This document shows positions 56,456 through 64,000 of a DNA stretch of 64,000 bases, in pieces. Below the pieces are notes generated by a model that saw only the letters and a program-made list of their open reading frames with translations, was not told where the DNA came from and did not search any database. This DNA comes from the human T2T-CHM13v2.0 reference genome, Homo sapiens: NCBI RefSeq assembly GCF_009914755.1, contig NC_060928.1; one strand, written 5' to 3'. The translations under genes were made by a program, and so were the position numbers. Position 1 is the first letter of the stretch, and each line of letters opens with the position of its first letter.

Positions 56456-56871
56456 TGTTATGGATTTAATTGTGTGCCTGAAGAAAGATGTGTTGAAGTT
56501 CTAACCCCCATCACCTGAGAATGTGACCTTATTTGGAGGCAGTCAAGTTAAGATGAGGTCATTAAGGTGAGCTCTAATCCAGTATGACTGCTGTCCTTAT
56601 GAAAAGACAAAATTTGGACACAGAGACAGGTACACATAGAGGGAAGGTGAAGTGAAGAGACAAAGGGAAAAGATAGCCACCTATAAACCTAATGCCTAAG
56701 GCTACCAGAAACTAAGAGAGATCCTTCCCTAGAGTCTTCAGAGGAAGAATGGCCCTGCCAATGCCTTGATTTCGGACTTCTAGCCTTCAGAACTGTGAGA
56801 AAAGGCATTTTGGTTGTCCTAGGCCATGTGGCTTCTGTACTTTGTTACAGCAGCCCTGGGAAATGAATGCA
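56456..56871 (+). mobile_element. MLT1B/C solo LTR (MaLR)
   Basis: TGTTATGGATTTAATTGTGT..GAATGTGACCTTATTTGGA..GACTTCTAGCCTTCAGAACTGTGAGA..TTTGTTACAGCAGCCCTGGGAAATGAATGCA. Confidence 0.88.
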
Positions 56872-57443
56872 AGTATACTCTACTGGCCTGGGCTCAAAGC
56901 TCCACCCCTTGCACATGGGGCACCAACAAATCTGCTCATGCCACACCTTTCCTGAGTTCACTCAGTAATTACCAAGAGCAGTGACTGCACAGCCTCCACC
57001 CTGGAGCCTTCTGTCTTCCCACAGCCTCTCCCTCACACTCCACCTCAGGGACATCTCTCACAAGAGGAAGCTTCCTGGGAGGTGAGGGCTGGATCCCTGG
57101 CCAGGCCTGTCTGCCTTTTTGAAAGCTCTCAGAGTTCTGTGAAAATCATCTTCTCCATTTCACTTTTCTATCATGATGTTTAATCCTGGGGTTTCTGTTG
57201 CTACTTAGATTTGCACCTACTACTTTGTCCACTGACAATACAAAAGAATAGCAAAAAGATCTAGGTGTTATAGTTCAGAGGTGGAAAGAGAAGAAAGTAT
57301 GGGGCCTTTTCTGTAACTCAGGACTTCTGAGACACAGTGCATTGACTTGACAGCAACAGATCCAGGAGCTAGACCTCAGTTATCTGTACAGTCAACACTC
57401 CTCATGATCAGAGAAGCATAATCTTGAAATCAAATGGCTAATC

Positions 57444-58611
<1,168 letters not shown>

Positions 58612-58680
58612 AACCCAAGAGCCCTACTTAATTTGCAATATAAAATATGATTGCCAAGCATATTGAAATACTCAGATTAT

Positions 58681-58776
58681 CTGGTCTGAGTGCAGTGGTG
58701 TTTGCAACTAATTGATCACACCAGGTACAGATTTCTTTGTTCCTTCTCCATGCCCCCTGCTTCACTTGACTAGCCT
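58681..58776 (+). pseudogene. RNY3P: Y3 RNA processed pseudogene
   Basis: CTGGTCTGAGTGCAGTGGTGTTTGCAACTAATTGATCAC..CAGATTTCTTTGTTCCTTCTCCA..CTGCTTCACTTGACTAGCCT closely follows hY3; A-rich tail 58777-58825; TSD AAATACTCAGATTAT/AAATACCCAGATCAT. Confidence 0.95.
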
Positions 58777-58959
58777 AAAAAAAAAAAAAGAAAGAAAGAA
58801 AGAAAAGAAAAGAAATAAAAAATAAAAATACCCAGATCATCACTTGATAAAGTTTTATTTTTTTATTTTTTTCCTCTAAATAAAGTACACAGACAAGGAG
58901 AAAGATGTTATGATCTGGATGATCTATAAATATCAAATCAGGATAATTGCAGGCAGGTA

Positions 58960-59195
58960 GCCTACCCTGGTTATGGAGATTAAAAGCATGAGTTCTATAG
59001 TCCAGTAGAAGTTGAGTTTTAACCACAGCTTTACTACTTAATGCCTATATAACCTCAGGAAAGTTCCATAATCTCTGTTTTTTAATCCTGTAAAATGAAG
59101 ATAATAATGCTTAACTCATTATTATTATAAGTTACAACAATTACATGAGCTAATAATGCATGTCAAGTGCTTAGCACAGTTTCTGCCTAATCCTT
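58960..59195 (+). mobile_element. MIR
   Basis: TTAAAAGCATGAGTTCTATAGTC..CTGTAAAATGAAGATAATAAT..AAGTGCTTAGCACAGT. Confidence 0.7.
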
Positions 59196-59375
59196 CTATA
59201 GGTTTTATCTGTTATTCCTTTGAAAAGACCATCTCTCTAGGTGGGAACATGGGTGTGGCTGCTAGCTGGCATCAGGAATTGTGTTTGGTTGCTGATAATA
59301 GAGACTTGAAATGACAGTGGTTTAAACAAAACAGATGACATATTCTCTCCCTCTCTCTCTCTGTAAAGAAGAGTA

Positions 59376-59490
59376 AGCTGGCCATGGTGGCATACATCTG
59401 CAATTTCAACTACTCAGGAAGCAGAAGATTGCTTAAACCCAGGAGTTCGAGGCCAACCTGGGCAACATAGCCAGGCTGGCTTTAAAAATA
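59376..59490 (+). mobile_element. FLAM_A-like monomer
   Basis: Degenerate monomer with CCCAGGAGTTCGAGGCCAACCTGGGCAACATAG; TSD AAGAGTA. Confidence 0.8.
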
Positions 59491-59802
59491 AGAGTAGCAG
59501 TGGGCAGCCCAGGGTAGGTATGGCGTCTCACAATCATCAGGATCCCAGAGCCTTGCCACTGTTTGCTCAGGCTTCCTTTCATGTGGCTTCCTTCCTTAAG
59601 GTTACTTCATAGTGGAAGATGGAGCTCCAGCCATTATGTCTGAATCACAGATCACAGACAGGCTCTATTTCCTTCAATGAACCTTCCCAGAGTCTCAGCT
59701 AAAATTTCTGTTTACGTGTCATTAGCCAGAACACAGTTAAATGACCACAACCACACCTAGCTGCAAAGTAGGCTGGAAATACAGTCTTTTAAGAGTTCTC
59801 TT

Positions 59803-60110
59803 GGCAGGGTGCAATGGCTCACACCTGTAATCCCAAAGCTTTGGCAGGCCGAGGTGAGCAGATCCCATGAGCCTAGTAGTTCAAGATGAGCCTGGGAAAC
59901 ATAGTGAGACCCTGTCTCTACCAAAAAAATACAAAAATTAGCCAGGCATGGTGGCATGTGCCTGTAGTCCCAGGTACTCGGGGGTGCTGAGGTGGGAGGG
60001 TCAATCGAGCCCAGGAAGTCAAAGCTGCAGTGAGCCGTGATCACACCACTGCACTCCAGCCCGGGCAACAGAGGGAGACCCTGAGACCCTGTCTGAAGAA
60101 AAAAAAAAAA
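59803..60110 (+). mobile_element. AluJ
   Basis: J-type arms; TSD AGTTCTCTT. Confidence 0.93.
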
Positions 60111-60609
60111 GTTCTCTTACTGAGGAAGACAGGAAGAATAGGTTTTGATAGGCAGCTCTGGCCCCTGGAACAAGAGCCGTTTTCCTTCCCCAACATAATG
60201 TTTGCAAAGGCTTGGAGCTCTAAAGGACCTGAATCCTGAGGTCCTGAGAGAAGGAAGGGTCACCCAGAAAGCCCAGAAGAGAGCTGAATCTAGGAGACCT
60301 GTCAGATCTCCTTGGTATGAAAACACAATATGATTTTTAGAGACAGAGGAGAAAGGGTATTGGCAGGAAACAGAGGCCTTGATTTGACAGAGTTCTCCAA
60401 ATTTTAGAGAGTAGAATTTGAACATGTCTCAGTATCACTGTCCACTATGAGCTGATGCTTTTTTAATGCCTGTAAGGCAGTTACTGTCAAATAAACCCTG
60501 GACGCAGAATTCTGGGTCTGAACTGGCTCTACCACTCTCTCAAAGGGCTTTGAACAGCCCCTTTCTTCCTGAAGGGAGGAGGAAAAGAAAATAACACAGA
60601 GTGCCTATT

Positions 60610-60800
60610 TTAAAGGAATAAGGTGTTTGCAGCTTTATATTCTTTATATCATGCTATCCTCACAACAGTGAGGTGGATATTCTTAACCCTCAAGGTATAG
60701 ATTAATAAACCGAGGATCAGAGAAGTTAGATAACTTGCTCAGGGACACTCAGCTAGGAAGAGGCAGAGCTGAGATTGAAGGTGAAGTCGAGCTCCTTCTG
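60610..60800 (-). mobile_element. MIR
   Basis: ATCCTCACAACAGTGAGGT..AAACCGAGGATCAGAGAAGTTAGATAACTTGCTCAGGGACAC. Confidence 0.7.
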
Positions 60801-61229
60801 TGGCCTCAGCTCTTCACTGTAACCATGGACCAGCTTCCATGCCCTTCCCTTGGGTTCTGGGCAAAGCAAAAATGAGCCTGACCCATTGGGAGGTGGATAA
60901 ACTGAGATCCAATAAAGCCACCTGACTTGGCCAAGACACAGAAATTCTTTCTCCAGCAGTTTTGCTCAGCATCCTTGCTTCTATTTTCTTATAGAACTAT
61001 TGCCTCAGGCATGATTTTAGTATCTGTTGATAATGACAATCATGACATGATGGTGGTGCTTTGTGTCACACTGTTCATTCTCTAGAGAAAACAAAAAAAG
61101 GTTTAATGGTCAATTGCCTTTAGAAAATACAGCATGTTATACTCCCTTCCTTGATACTCTCAGTGCACAAAAATCCTTCAGCAAATAATTTGGTTTAATT
61201 TAGTTTAATCTAGCATGTTTAAAAAATAT

Positions 61230-62133
<904 letters not shown>

Positions 62134-62138
62134 TGTGA

Positions 62139-62441
<303 letters not shown>

Positions 62442-62600
62442 TAAATACAGGTTAGGGTAATATAAATAAATAAATAATTACTTATATGGTCAAATTAATT
62501 CAAATAATTCACAAATTCTTACAAATATTTCTTAAGGGCCTAGGGTATGCAGGGTTCTTTTTAGTTGTAAGTGGGACTTCAAAGTAAATAAGAGATCTAT

Positions 62601-62768
<168 letters not shown>

Positions 62769-62779
62769 TCATATATTAA

Positions 62780-63145
62780 GCCCAATCTCCTTATCTGGCT
62801 TCAAGGCTCTTCAGAATCTTCCCAGCCTTCCTAATCAATGATCCCTAGTCTCATCTTTTTGCATCTGGGCCTTAGGGATTTTATTTTCTCTGTCTGGAAT
62901 GTAAGACACTGGCCTCTTATCTGCCCAAAACAGAACCACCCATCAAAGCCTAGCTCAGATTCAACCTCCTCCAAGGAACCTGCCCTACCCCTACAATAAA
63001 CACTAATTTCTCCCTTCTCTGAATACTTTGTAAACCACTAGAAGTCTATACCAGTGATATCACACCTAGCGTTCATGGTGGTCTTGTTTCACAGTTGTGG
63101 AGAACATTATTGTATAATAATTAGCTACTGTTTTCTCCTTAGATT
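62780..63145 (+). mobile_element. L2 fragment
   Basis: CTGGCTTCAAGGCTCTTCA, TCTGTCTGGAATG, TCAAAGCCTAGCTCAGAT..CCTCCTCCAAGGAACCT. Confidence 0.55.
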
Positions 63146-63834
63146 TTCTTGCTTCTTTCCTTTCCCTGCAACATGGTCAGGGCCAAGCTCTGGCCACGGA
63201 GAAGGAAGCAAGAAAAAAAAAAATCTGTGTTTTGTGTCCCAAAAGCCAGAATTGCCAGAGCAATTTTTAAAATTAGATCAAAGGGAGGAAGAGACTAACA
63301 GAAGTTTCCCCCAGACTGGGTGGAGAAGAGAGGAGTAAGGAAGGAAAGATATGGAGCCAAGAGAAACCAATGCATTCCACTGACAGTTTCTCAACCTGTT
63401 TTGGGGCAGATCTCTAGGGAGGGGCCAGGACCTCTGAGAGGTGTGGGGATGGAAAGCAACAGGTGTCTGTATGATGCTAACTGGATAGAGCTCCAGGGAG
63501 ACAGTCAGGTCCCAGAGAACTTGTCTGCAATATGTGTCTGAGCAGATAAGGATATGAACATTACAAATACTCTTAACCTCAGTTTGGCAAGAAGGAAGCA
63601 GAATAATTCCTGGGCCTTCCAGATATAGCACAGGAGTGTTCCAGAGGTTTGTAGGGCCTGAAGGGGCCATGCAGAGCCTTCAGGAATGAAGGACATCTTA
63701 GTGGCAATCTATATGCAAAAACAATTGGAGCAGTGGATGCCTCATGGACAAATCAGTCAAGGAACAGATGGGCCCTTTTCCAATATCTTGGCACTATTTA
63801 CATTCCCTAGAATTTGGATAACATGGAGGTTAAC

Positions 63835-63915
63835 CCTACTAGACTATAAGCTTCTTGATGGAAAAGATTTTGTAAAATTTCCTTGTGGTGTCTTCTCACA
63901 TAGTGCCTAGGGTGG
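63835..63915 (+). mobile_element. L2 3' fragment
   Basis: CTACTAGACTATAAGCTTCTTGATGG..CACATAGTGCCT. Confidence 0.55.
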
Positions 63916-63939
63916 TGTCTTTTACAAGAAAGTAAATGA

Positions 63940-64000
63940 GGCCGGGCTCGGTGGCTCACACCTGTAATCCCAGCACTTTGGAAGGCCGAGGCGGGCGGGT
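63940..64000 (+). mobile_element. Alu 5' end (cut by the window edge)
   Basis: GGCCGGGCTCGGTGGCTCACACCTGTAATCCCAGCACTTTGG. Confidence 0.95.

Larger units (their letters stand above)
59270..60165 (-). mobile_element. MLT1J-like LTR interrupted by FLAM and AluJ
   Basis: ACAGTGGTTTAAACAA, ATCATCAGGATCCCAG, GAGCTCCAGCCATTATGTC, CCACACCTAGCTGCAAAG..GGCTGGAAAT. Confidence 0.7.

Overview
Human-type (primate) non-coding genomic DNA, intronic or intergenic and dense in repeats. It holds about 45 Alu/FLAM/FRAM copies, a complete THE1B-type LTR element with a perfect 5-bp TSD, solo LTRs (MSTA, MLT1, MLT2, MER4), old L1M and younger L1PA fragments, L2/MIR remnants, DNA-transposon relics (MER20, MER58A/B, MER5, MER96B, MADE1, Charlie) and a retroposed Y3 RNA pseudogene. 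I could not support any protein-coding gene; the supplied ORFs are Alu/THE1/L1 translations or chance ORFs. I found no previously undescribed multi-gene system. The most unusual signals are fossil repair or recombination events: (1) an old AluS whose last ~65 bp perfectly match human-specific AluYb8; (2) a ~330-bp non-tandem local duplication that starts inside an AluY; (3) a 33-bp Alu fragment patched into a THE1B LTR; (4) several small templated-insertion or fold-back scars. Subfamily names come from recalled consensus sequences, and boundaries of old repeats are approximate.
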